Shown here in pieces: positions 33,917 to 44,800 of a stretch of DNA of 64,000 nucleotides. The DNA comes from Leidyana gryllorum EB-2025a (taxonomy: Eukaryota > Protista > Apicomplexa): assembly GCA_048772705.1 (NCBI GenBank), contig JBLWGC010000061.1:1-64000 (forward strand), given 5' to 3'. Under the pieces are notes generated by a model. The model saw nothing but the letters and a program-made list of their open reading frames with translations, searched no databases and was not told the origin of the DNA. Numbering within the stretch: position 1 is the first letter of the stretch; each line of letters begins with the position of its first letter. Position numbers and translations under genes: made by a program.

Positions 33917-33988
33917 TGAGCCCAGAGTGATTCGAACACCCAACCTTCTGATCTGGAGTCAGACGCGCTACCGTTGCGCCATAGGCCC
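33917..33988 (-). tRNA. trnW: tRNA-Trp(CCA)
   Basis: TCTGA-CT-CCA-GA-TCAGA, 5-bp anticodon stem. Confidence 0.92.
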
Positions 33989-34307
33989 AAAACCATCCCC
34001 CGTTCCAGACTCATTTACCGGCAATCGGGCCCGCTTCTTAGGCGTGACATGCGAAAATAGTAACCACTATGCTATCTCGGACGCTCTGAACACGCCACGG
34101 AAATTCCATTCGTTCAGAAAACGGCCGTTACCGTGTACGAGCTTCAACAACAAGGTGTCACGCATCTGTGTTCTAGTGGTAGAATGTCTCGTTGCCATCG
34201 AGACGACCCGGGTTCGATTCCCGGCAGATGCAGAGCACACATGGTTGTTTTTCCACCATCCAGAAATTCATGCGGGAGTTGGTGTTTAACCCTCCAACCA
34301 CATCGCA

Positions 34308-34389
34308 CGACAACTGCTGGATTTGAACCAGCGCGGGCCCGGCCCAGTAGATTTCTAGTCTACCCCCTTAACCACTCGGGCAAGTTGCC
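34308..34389 (-). tRNA. trnS: tRNA-Ser(AGA)
   Basis: GTAGA-CT-AGA-AA-TCTAC, intact. Confidence 0.92.
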
Positions 34390-35236
34390 GCTGTAGAACT
34401 TGGCATTTTGCGGCCAGTGGCTTCACATACGGTTCAGCAAGCTTTACTAGGGCTCTCCATTGAAAGTCTACCGACGGAGCTGGCGCGGCAGGGAAGCTCG
34501 GACTTGGTAACAAGTTCCTTTCGTATTAGTCGCAGAATGTTGTGGCGACTCTTTAGCAGAGATCCCCGCACTTGGTCACGCCCGCGCTCCAACTGGGGAC
34601 CTTGAGCTTATTTGGCTCACGCTCTAACCGACTGAGCTACGCCACCACTTCTGCGACGACAGATGACACCGACCCGGATGCTGGATCCCAGAGCTGGAAT
34701 CAAACATCAGAGCCATTTAGACACTGGCGAACAGCACCCAATTTTCTAAGCTGGAGTCAGACGCGCTACATTCCGCCATAGGCCCAAAATCATCCCCCGC
34801 TCCAGACTCATTGCCTTGTGGTCCAACATCTCCGATCGTTCCAAACCATCTTCAGGGCACGCGCGGAGTTGAACCACGGACTTGCTGATCTGCAGTCAGC
34901 TGCTCTACCACTGACGTACGTACCCACAAACTACCCGTCATACTCGCTCAACTCAATTCTGTTTTCTCTTCTGAAGCAAAACGGCCCGTATTTTTCACGA
35001 GCTTGAACAACGACGAGTCGTGCATCTGTGGTCTTGTGGTAGAATGTGTCGTCGCCACCGAGACGACCCAGGTTCGATTCCCGACAGACGCAGGAGGCAC
35101 GTCTCAAACCGCCGTGGCAAATTAGCAGAGACGCTGACAAGCTTGGTGGGCACGAGGGCGGGGCATTCTGACACTTGATGTAACAACCCCCTGAGATAGA
35201 ATCGAATGTGAGTTACGCGGTGGCACGGCGGTGATC

Positions 35237-35310
35237 GCTCCCCTAGCTCAGCTGGTTAGAGCATCGGCCTTATGTGCCGAAGGTCGAGGGTTCGATCCCC
35301 CCGGGGAGCA
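35237..35310 (+). tRNA. trnI: tRNA-Ile(TAT)
   Basis: Identical to 3219-3292. Confidence 0.88.
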
Positions 35311-36892
35311 AATCAACCCAATGACAGCCGAACGCGACCGCCGAGTACTCCAGCATTTGACACCTATGAGTGCCCTAGCCGGGCAGGCCGACCAGGAGGC
35401 TGTTTGGTCTGAAGGTATGATTTTTCCTCGCTTAAAAGAACATTGCAACTGGGTCTTGTAGCTCAGTCGGCAAAGCGTGTAGCTGTTCACCACAAAGTCG
35501 CAGTTTCGAAGCCTGGCAGTACCAGGAGCTGCGGCTCCCGACTCTCTGTCAGAGGTCGCAACTCTGTACTTAACTACCGCCAGGTGCCGCACTACTGAGT
35601 TTGGACGACCTGGGTATCGATCCCAGTACCTCTCGCATGCGAAGCGAGCGCTCTGCCATTTGAGCTAGCCGCCCAGAGGCACAACCTGGAAGAGCGATTG
35701 CATTGAGTAGCTGACCGGATGACAATACAACGGTTGACAAGATTGGGATTCGAACCCACGCCCTTTCGGACTGCGGCCTTAACACAGCGTTTTAGACCAC
35801 TAGGCCATCTTGCCGGAATGTTGTTGGCTCGCCGCTTTACACGTTTTCTGTTCGTGAGTCAAAATAGAAAGACTGCTGGGGTTGGAGGCCGGCATGTTCA
35901 GAGCGTCCGAGATAGTATAGTTGTAAGTATTTCCGCCTGTCACGCGGAAGATCCGCGTTCGGTTCCCGGTCTCGGAGCACAGTTGGTTTCGCTTGAGATT
36001 GTCTTTTTGGTGCTTGCTGAAAGTTGCGAGCTACAGCCACCGAGGATCGAACTCGGGACGTTCTGCGTGCTAAGCAGACGTCGTAACCACTACACCATGG
36101 GTGCACGAAAGCTTTCCCCAGGCCAAGAGGAGTTGCGAAATTTCAAGAAGTATGAGGACTAGTTGCGAGGTCGTATCGGGAATCGAATCCAGGTCGGGAG
36201 ATTCAAAATCTCCACAGCTTACCACTGTGCCGTAGGGGGGGCAGGCTGAACAGGCGGCTGTCTGGTCTCGTGGTATAATTCTTCCTCGGGTGGAAGAACA
36301 TTGTAATTGGGTCTTGTAGCTCAGTCGGCAGAGCGTGTGGCTGTTAACCACAAAGTCGCAGGTTCGAAACCTGCCAGGACCGGGTTATGCGGCACCGTAC
36401 TCTCTAGACGGCAATTGTGCTCTTGGAACCCCTTTCCAAGGTCGCAGACTTAGCCGAAATGCGATTCTCTAGATGTTAGTTGCCCTGACTGCCCTACCGA
36501 GGTGGGCTAACGAGGTGGCTGTGTTGGTTCTGAGGGCAACTTGTCCCGTCGGGTCAGCCGACGACCAAGAGGGCTGTTCTGGGAATCGAACCCAGGACTC
36601 TTTCACCCTAAGGAAGGATCATACCACTGGACCAAACAGCCGACTGATTGGTGCAAATTGCTGGTAGAGTCGGGAGACTGGTCACAACATGTCAAGAACC
36701 ACTAAATGCTATGGGGTGTGCACAGCCGGCGACTAGCTCAAATCATGCAGCACTCGCGTAGCATGCGAGAGATGCTGGGATCGATGCCCAGGTCGTCCAA
36801 ACTTCTACCGGCTGCACCTCCGGTATCTGAAAACAGAGTCACGACCGAATGGAGTTGCGCCCGATCGCAACCATGTTTAGGCTGATGACTGA

Positions 36893-36964
36893 AGCCTCCT
36901 GTCGGAATCGAACCAGCGACCTTTCGCTTACAAAGCGAATGCTCTGCCCCTAAGCTAAGGAGGC
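36893..36964 (-). tRNA. trnT: tRNA-Thr(TGT)
   Basis: TTCGC-TT-TGT-AA-GCGAA; C50:A64 mismatch. Confidence 0.82.
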
Positions 36965-37028
36965 ATTCCCTGTCCCGACCCATATGAGTTCTTGATGCTG
37001 GGAATTGCATCATTTCCACCACATCGCA

Positions 37029-37110
37029 CGACAACTGCTGGATTTGAACCAGCGCGGGCCAGGCCCAGTAGATTTCTAGTCTACCCCCTTAACCACTCGG
37101 GCAAGTTGCC
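37029..37110 (-). tRNA. trnS: tRNA-Ser(AGA)
   Basis: Intact cloverleaf. Confidence 0.92.
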
Positions 37111-37573
37111 GCTGTCGAACTTGGCATTTTGCGGCCAGTGGCTTCACATACGGTTCAGCGAGCTTTACTAGGACTGCTCGCGCCGCCCAAACCCGCCGGA
37201 TCTCCCTTCAAAAGTCTTGCGCTCTACTGACGGAGTTGGGGCGGCAAGGAAGCTCCCCCCGTACCCAAGGAAGGCCCAAGATTCCACGATCAATACAAAT
37301 GGAATTGGTTACTAAGTCCGAATCTGTATCAGAGATCCACTCACTTGATCACGCCGACATACCATGTTTTCCAAGCCGGTACGGCTCTCGGCCGAAGCCC
37401 CAACTCAACCACTCGTCCACTGTAGTCTAAGTGGCTAGGATATGCGGCCTCACCCGCAAGCTCCGGGCTCAAGTCGGCAGTGGAAGACAGTGGTTGAGGT
37501 CAGTGGAATACTCGAGCAAAGTGCCCAGCAATCTCCGTCAATAGTGTCTGATTCGTGATCTTCGGCCTGCATT

Positions 37574-37645
37574 GCCTTCTTAGCTTAGAGGCAGAGCATT
37601 CGCTTAGTAAGCGAAAGGTCGCCGGTTCGATTCCGGCAGAAGGCT
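37574..37645 (+). tRNA. trnT: tRNA-Thr(AGT)
   Basis: Intact cloverleaf. Confidence 0.9.
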
Positions 37646-37938
37646 TGACTGCATCGACTGGGAAGCTGCAAAGCTTGAGTCTTTCGAGCTGAGTCTGTTA
37701 GCTCCGTCGGCAGAGGATAAGTCTTCTAGCCACACAGTCGCAAATTGGAACCTGCAGTAGTGTGACGCACCCACAAGCTCAACGCGCCCGAGTCTCGGGT
37801 GCTGAAGTCCAAGGGTAGGATGCGAGCTTTCCATGCTTGAAGCCCTGGTTCGAGTCCCGGCAGTCTCGAATAAAAAAGCCTTGCCGGGATCAACAACGCT
37901 TAATCACCACACACATCCATTTGATGGCCCCCTTAGTC

Positions 37939-38011
37939 GGCGCTATGGCCTAACGGATATGGCATCGGTCTACGGAACCGGGGATTCTGGGTTCGAGTCC
38001 CAGTAGCGTCT
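37939..38011 (+). tRNA. trnR: tRNA-Arg(ACG)
   Basis: Intact cloverleaf. Confidence 0.9.
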
Positions 38012-38358
38012 GGGCAAGTTGTGGGCTTCCAGCCCCTCACAACTGCTGCCACTCAGATTTTGTCTCAGCTGGTCTGGACTTCATCCGGGATTGTACGACT
38101 GGGAGCCGCGTATAGTAGCCGACCTTGGAGGGACGTGGCATTGAGTCAACAACTATCAGACGGGCTGTTCTGGGAATCGAAACGAGGACTTCTTCCACCC
38201 GAAAGAAGAATCATATAACTAGACCAAACAGTCCGCTGTGGGTGCCTCAGGTACTGGCATTGTGGCTGAGAGACTTACGCTCTGCTGGCTGAGCTACGAG
38301 GCTCAGCAACGACGATCGGAGTTTGCGATAAGCTGCAGGTGCCTAGTCGATGCAGTCG

Positions 38359-38430
38359 AGCCTTCTGCCGGAATCGAACCGGCGACCTTTCGCTTATTAA
38401 GCGAATGCTCTGCCCCTAAGCTAAGAAGGC
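38359..38430 (-). tRNA. tRNA-Thr body with AAT (Ile) anticodon
   Basis: Identical to Thr(AGT) 24832-24903 except G35 to A. Confidence 0.75.
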
Positions 38431-39045
38431 AATCCAGGCCGAAGATCACGAATCAGTCACTATCAACGGGGATTCCTGAGGCACTTTGCTCGAGTAGTCC
38501 AATGACTTCCACTGCCGGTACTTGAACCCGGATCGTGCGGGTGAAAGCCGCATATACTAGCCACTTAGACTACAGTTGACAAGCTCCCGAGCTGAGGCTT
38601 CGGATGAGAGCCGTACCATCTTGATCTGAGGTGGAGCGTCGGGTGAACCAACAATAAAGGGGTTGCAGAATCCTGCGGTAGAAAGAGGAGGGTGTCTCTA
38701 CCAACCTCTGAAACATTGTAGCTAGGTCTTGTAGCTCAGTCGGCAGAGCGTGTGGCTGTTAACCACAAAGTCGCAGGTTCGAAACCTGCAGGACCGTTTC
38801 AGAGGGGCACCCCAGACACTGACTGCCCTGCTCTGGCAATGGCACCTTTGGTCTGCGACCCTTCAAAGATATAAGTTTATTTGGCACCCGCCACGTGCAG
38901 CCGTACGTACTTTGGACGATTTGGGTATCGATCCCAGTACCTCTCGCATGCGAAGCGAGCGCTCTAGCATCTGAGCTAGCCGCCCATCCGCTCTACATGG
39001 AAGACCTATTGCATCCAGTGGCTGACCGAGTGCCGATACAACGGC

Positions 39046-39125
39046 TGACCAGAGTGGGATTCGAACCCACGCCCTTTCGGACTGCGACCCTAACACAGCG
39101 CCTTAGACCACTCGGCCATCTTGCC
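39046..39125 (-). tRNA. tRNA-Leu body with AGG (Pro) anticodon
   Basis: CTGTG-TT-AGG-GT-CGCAG with Leu variable arm and A73; A4:G69 mismatch. Confidence 0.7.
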
Positions 39126-39607
39126 GGAGTGTACTTGGCTCGCCACTTTACACGTTTTCTGTTCGTGAAGTCTCGAGAAGAAAGACTTTTGAGGTTGAAG
39201 ACCCGGGCCCGATGCCCGTTTCGAAACAAGGTCGATTCCGCTTAAGATTGTCTCCTTTGGTTGCCGCTGGAAGTTGCGAGCTACAGCCACCGAGGATTGA
39301 ACTCGGGATCGTCTGCGTGTGAAGCAGACGTCGTAACCACTAGACCATGGCTACACGCATGGTACCCGCAGCCCAAGAGAAGTCGCGGAGTTTCAGGGAG
39401 TAGTGAGGATCAGTTCCAAGGTCGCGCCGGAGATCGAACCAGGTCGGAAGATTAAGAGTCTCCAGTGCTAAACACTACTTCACGCAACCCATTCAGTCCT
39501 TCCCAAAAAGGTTGGTAGAGCCATTCCGACTAGCGCTTCTTTAAGCAGTGGGCCCACATACGGCCGCGGTGAGTCCTTCTTTTCACCGCCTTCCATGGCT
39601 GTCTAGC

Positions 39608-39680
39608 GCCTCGGTAGCTCAGTTGGGAGAGCGCCAGACTGAAGATCTGGAAGTCCCGTGTTCGATCCACGGCCGAGGCA
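39608..39680 (+). tRNA. trnF: tRNA-Phe(GAA)
   Basis: Intact cloverleaf, G20. Confidence 0.92.
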
Positions 39681-40263
39681 GAGAGGTTGTGAAATCTGGT
39701 GTCAGAACCCCCGCGCCGGTGCGAGCGTTCTGCCCCTCAGCTAACCAGGCAGGCCCTGTCTCGATCACATGAGGGTATGGCTGAGACCGGCTGGGATATG
39801 CGGCTTTCACCCACACGGTCCGGGTTCAAGGCCCGGCAGTGGAACTCCTTGGAGTGCTTCAGCAATCTCCCTCAACGGGGTGAGATGCGTAATTTCTTTG
39901 GCGGATTTCCTTCGTAGCTTAGGGGCAGAGCGTTTGCTTCGTAAGCGAGACGTCGGCTGCTCGATTTCGACAGTGCATCCATAGGCTCTCTAAACAGCGG
40001 CTGTCACCACGTACAAGATGTAGCAACATCGTGTCCTGCATCTGTGGTATAGTGATAGAATGTCTCGTTGCTATCCGGACGGCCCGGGTTCGATTCCCTG
40101 CAGATCCGGAACCCACGCCTCAAACCGCTGTGGCAAATTGTCAGCGAGTCAAACACGTCGCTGACAAGCTTGGTCGGCACGAGCCCGGCGCATTCTGACA
40201 CTTGATGTAACAATCCCCCCAGATAGATTCGAATATGGGTGACGCGGTGGCACGGCGGTGATC

Positions 40264-40337
40264 GCTCCCCTAGCTCAGCTGGTTAGAGCATCGGCCTTAT
40301 GTGCCGAAGGTCGAGGGTTCGATCCCCCCGGGGAGCA
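40264..40337 (+). tRNA. trnI: tRNA-Ile(TAT)
   Basis: Identical to the other Ile(TAT) copies. Confidence 0.88.
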
Positions 40338-41289
40338 AATCAGTTCAATGACAGCCGAACGCGACCCTGAGTGCATAGCAGGAGACCTCGGACGCTACAG
40401 TCATAAGCCCAAAACTCTCGCACTGAGTTCCACTACTCCAGCGTCGGATATCATGAAGGAAGCCAAATGTGGTTCTTGAGATGCGGACTGATTTTACACC
40501 TATGAGGGCAGGCCGACCAGGGGGCTGTTTGGTCTGCAGGTATGATTTTTCCTCGCTTGGAAGAAGATTGCAACTGGGTCTTGTAGCTCATCGGCAAAGC
40601 GTGTAGCTGTTCACCACAAAGTCGCAGTTTCGAAGCCTAGCAGTGCCGGGAGCTGCGATATGCGACGCTCTCTTAGAGGTCGCAACTCTATATTTACCTA
40701 CCGGCAGGTGCCGCCCTACTGAGTTTGGACGACCTGGGTATCGATCCCAGTACCTCTCGCATGCAAAGCGAGCGCTCTACTATCTGAGCTAGCCGCCCAT
40801 CCGCTCTACATGGAAGACCTATTGCATCCAGTGGCTGACTGAGCCGATACAACGGCTGACAAGCGTGGCTTCGAACCCACGCCCTTTCGGACTGCGGCCT
40901 GAACACAGCGCCTTAGACCACTCGGCCATCTTGCCGCAGTGTTGTTGGTTCGTCCCTCCACGCGTTTCTTGTCCGTGAGCCGAAATAGAAAGACTTCTGG
41001 GATTGGAGGCCGGCTTGTTCAAAGGGTCCGAGTTAGTATAGTGGTTAGTGTCTCCGCCTGTCACGCGGAAGACCCGGGTTCGATTCCCGGCCTCGAAACG
41101 CAGGTGGTTTCGCTTAAGATTCTGTCCTTTGGTTGTCGCTGAAAGTTGCGAGCTACAGCTACCGAGGATCGAACTCGGGACCTTCTGCGTGTGAAGCAGA
41201 CGTCGTAACCACTAGACCATGGCTGCACGGCAAGTCCCGCAGACCAAAGCAAGTGGGGAGGTTTCACGAAGTAGTGAGGACTAGTTTCA

Positions 41290-41361
41290 AGGTCGCGCCG
41301 GGAATCGAACCCAGGTCGGGAGATTCAAAGTCTCCAGTGCTAACCACTACACCACGCAACC
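41290..41361 (-). tRNA. trnQ: tRNA-Gln(TTG)
   Basis: Intact cloverleaf. Confidence 0.92.
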
Positions 41362-42344
41362 GATTTAGCCCTTCTCAAAGAGTTGATAGAGCCATCCGGA
41401 CTAGACCTTCCCCACACATGCAAAACGGGTTTTTCTACTAACCTCCAAAATATTCAATTGGCTCTTGCAGCGCAGTGGGCAAAGCGTGTGATTGTTGAAT
41501 ACTAAGTCGCAGGTCCGCGGTCTCAGGCACCCTAGACCGTATTGCGATGCCAAAGTCTATCCAAGGGCTACAAGGCACAATCAAAGGCTCTCAACTCGGT
41601 AAATACATAGCGGCAGGTGCAGCCGTACGAAGTTTGGACGACCTGGACATCGATCCCATACCTTTCGCATGCTAAGCGAGCGCTCTACCATCTGAGCCAG
41701 TCGCCCGACGTGCAGTCCCCATCGCATTTATCGGCTGTCAACATAGCATGACCACTCTCTCGACTCTACCCGCGGATTGCACCACCGACCAGTCAGCTGT
41801 TTGGTCTAGTGGTATGATCCTTCCTTAGGGTGGAAGGAGTGTTGGGTTCGATTCCCAGAACAGCCCGCTTTGTTGTATCTTGACCCAACCTGCCTGGCAG
41901 CATGGTTCTGGGTTCGGGTGATTCTTCGGAGACAGTCGGGGGGGCGTGTAGCGCAGTCGGTAGCGCGTAGGTCTCATAATCCTGAAGTCTAGAGTTCGAT
42001 CCTCTCCACTCCCAGGGTCGGAATCGAAATCGCCGACAAACTCATCATGCTATCGTTTTGCATCTGTCGGGAATCGCACACGGGTTATCTTGATGGCAGC
42101 GAGAGACTCTTCCACTAGACCACAGATGCAGAACACGATCCTGTTGACTCTTGTACCTGGTGACAGCCATTCTTTATAAGCCTATCAATGCGTCAAAGCC
42201 TTCTGCCGGAATCGAGCCGGCGCCTTCTCGCTTACGAAGCGAACGCTCTGCCCCTAAGCTTCGAAGGCAATGTAAGTTGGAGATGACGAAACAGTCTCTA
42301 TTGACGGAGATTACTGGAGCACTTTGCTCGAGTATTTCAATGGC

Positions 42345-42417
42345 TTCCACTGCCGGGACTTGAACCCGGATCGTGCGGGTGAGAGCCGCATATCCTAGCC
42401 ACTTAGACTACAGTGGA
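42345..42417 (-). tRNA. trnE: tRNA-Glu(CTC)
   Basis: Intact cloverleaf. Confidence 0.92.
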
Positions 42418-42649
42418 CAAGTCCTCGAGTTTAGGCTTCGGCCGAGAGCCGAACCGTCTCGGAAAGATTCCACCATCAATACGACTGGAATTTGTTACCA
42501 AGTCCGAGCTTTCTTGCCGCCCCAACTCCTTCGGTAGAGCGCAAGACTTTTGAAGGGAGAACCGCGGGTTCGGGCGGCGCGAGCAGTCCTAGTAAAGCTT
42601 GCTGAACCGTATGTGAAGCCACTGGCTGCAAAATGCCAAGTTCGACAGC

Positions 42650-42731
42650 GGCAACTTGCCCGAGTGGTTAAGGGGGTAGACTAGAAATCTACTGGGCCGT
42701 GCCCGCGCTGGTTCAAATCCAGCAGTTGTCG
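42650..42731 (+). tRNA. trnS: tRNA-Ser(AGA)
   Basis: Intact cloverleaf. Confidence 0.9.
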
Positions 42732-42806
42732 TGCGATGTGGTTGGAGGGTTAAACACCGACTCACGCATGAATTTCTGAATGGTGGAAAAGCAACCATGT
42801 GTCCTC

Positions 42807-42877
42807 TGCATCTGCCGGGAATCGAACCCGGGTCGTCTCGATGGCAACGAGACATTCTACCACTAGACCACAGATGC
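42807..42877 (-). tRNA. trnG: tRNA-Gly(GCC)
   Basis: Intact cloverleaf. Confidence 0.92.
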
Positions 42878-43050
42878 GTCACACCTCGTTGTTGAAGCTC
42901 GTACACGGTAACGGCCGTTTTCTGAACGAATGGAATGTCCGTGGCGTGTTCAGAGCGTCCGAGATAGCATAGTGGTTACTATTTTCGCATGTCAGGCCTA
43001 AGAAGCAGGCCCGATTGCCGGTAAATGAGTCTGGAACGGGGGATGGTTTT

Positions 43051-43122
43051 GGGCCTATGGCGCAACGGTAGCGCGTCTGACTCCAGATCAGAAGGTTGGG
43101 TGTTCGAATCACTCTGGGCTCA
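43051..43122 (+). tRNA. trnW: tRNA-Trp(CCA)
   Basis: Intact; T5 tract about 14 nt downstream. Confidence 0.92.
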
Positions 43123-43332
43123 ACCGGACTCTATGTTTTTCCCGTTTGGGACGCAACCTGACAAAAGTGGGATTCGAACCCACGACCTTTCGGACTCCGG
43201 TCTGAGCACAGCGCCTCAGACCACCCGGTCATCTTGCCGGGATGTTGTTGGCTCGCCGCTCCACGCGTGTTCTATCCCTGGAATCTCAAGATGGAAGGAC
43301 TTTTGGGGTTTCAGGCCGGTGTGTTCGGAGCG

Positions 43333-43404
43333 TCCGAGATAGTATAGTGGTTAGTATTTCCGCCTGTCACGCGGAAGACCCGGGTTCGATTCCCGGTCTC
43401 GGAG
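43333..43404 (+). tRNA. trnD: tRNA-Asp(GTC)
   Basis: Intact cloverleaf. Confidence 0.92.
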
Positions 43405-43641
43405 CACAATTGATCTCGCTTAAGATTGTCTTTTTTGGTGCCCGCTGAAAGTTGCGAGCTACAGCCACCGAGGATCGAACTCGGGACCTCCTGCGTGTTA
43501 AGCAGACGTCGTAAGCACTAGACCATGGCTGCACGGAGCTTCCGGGCTGTGAAAGCGGCGTGTGTCTCTGGAAACAGGTATCTGATGGAGGCAGAAGGCT
43601 CGCACGGGTGCGAAGAATGACACCGAATGTCACACCCTCTT

Positions 43642-43714
43642 TGCCTCGGCCGTGGATCGAACACGGGACTTCCAGATCTTCAGTCTGGCGCTCTCCCAAC
43701 TGAGCTACCGAGGC
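43642..43714 (-). tRNA. trnF: tRNA-Phe(GAA)
   Basis: Intact cloverleaf. Confidence 0.92.
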
Positions 43715-44366
43715 GGTAGGTAGTCATGGAAGGCGGTGAAAATAAGCACTTATCGCGGCCGTATGTGAGACCCACTCCTCGCAGCATGACGCAATCGACA
43801 GTTGCCAACTTGCCCGAGTGAGGAACTAGTGTAGATCCAGCACATCTTGCGCCCTGTGGCTTCACATACGGTTCAGCAAGCTTGACTAGGGCTGCTCGCG
43901 CGGCGCGAAGCCGCGGTTTTCCCTTAAAAAGTCTGGCGCTCTACCGACGGAGTTGGGGCGGCAAAAAAGCTCGCCCTGTACCCAGGAAAGCGCAAGATTC
44001 CACGATCAATACAAATGGAATTTGTTACGAAGTCCGAATCTGTGTCAGAGATTTATTCACTTGGTCACGCCGACATACCATTCTTTCCAAGACGATACGG
44101 CTCTCGGCCGAAGCCTCAACTCGAGTACGTGTCCACTGTAGTCTAAGTGGCTAGGATATGCGGCTTTCACCCGCACCATCCGGGTTCAAGTCCCGGCAGT
44201 GGAAGTCATTGAACTAGTCGACCAAAGTGCCACACTAATCTCCGTGAATAGCCATTCTTTCGTTATCTCCGGCTTACAGTGCCTTCTTAGCTTAGGGGCA
44301 GAGCATTCGCTTAGTAAGCGAAAGGTCGCCGGGTCGATTCCGGCAGAAGGCTTTGATGCATCAAGA

Positions 44367-44439
44367 GGGCTGTTCTGGGAATCGAACACAGTACCTCTCG
44401 CATGCTAAGCGAGCGCTCTACCATTTGAGCTAGTCGCCC
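44367..44439 (-). pseudogene. Chimeric tRNA: Ala(AGC) up to the T-stem, Pro 3' end
   Basis: Minus strand ...GCGAGAGGTACTGTGTTCGATTCCCAGAACAGCCC. Confidence 0.85.
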
Positions 44440-44554
44440 ATTCAGCAAATCTCAGTACATCCAGTTCTTTTCACATGGTATGACCAATCTCCCAACTGCA
44501 TCGATCACTTTCACCAGTTTGTGCTCCACTTTGCACGAACGAAGGCACGCAGGA

Positions 44555-44627
44555 AACGGCTGGAGGGACTCGAACCCTCAACCTTTGCCTTAGGAGGGCA
44601 ACGCGCTATCCATTGCGCCACAACCGC
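44555..44627 (-). tRNA. trnR: tRNA-Arg(CCT)
   Basis: TTGCC-CT-CCT-AA-GGCAA, intact; only copy seen. Confidence 0.9.
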
Positions 44628-44727
44628 ATTCGGCACGCATCCGACTTTTGACTGGGACGAACGCGGGCTGCCCCGAGGTGTCTCCTCTTTCACCCAACCA
44701 GTATCCAGATGACCGAAGCCTATCCAT

Positions 44728-44800
44728 GGTGCGGTGGCCTAATGGATAGGGCATCGGTCTTCGGAACCGGGAGTTGTGGGTTCGAGTCCCATCCGCATCA
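44728..44800 (+). tRNA. trnR: tRNA-Arg(TCG)
   Basis: Anticodon loop CT-TCG-GA, A20, intact. Confidence 0.88.

Noticed and set aside
33917-33988. Trp(CCA) with a 4-bp anticodon stem as in Blastocrithidia-type UGA decoding
   Set aside because: Both Trp(CCA) copies have a full 5-bp stem (TCTGA/TCAGA).
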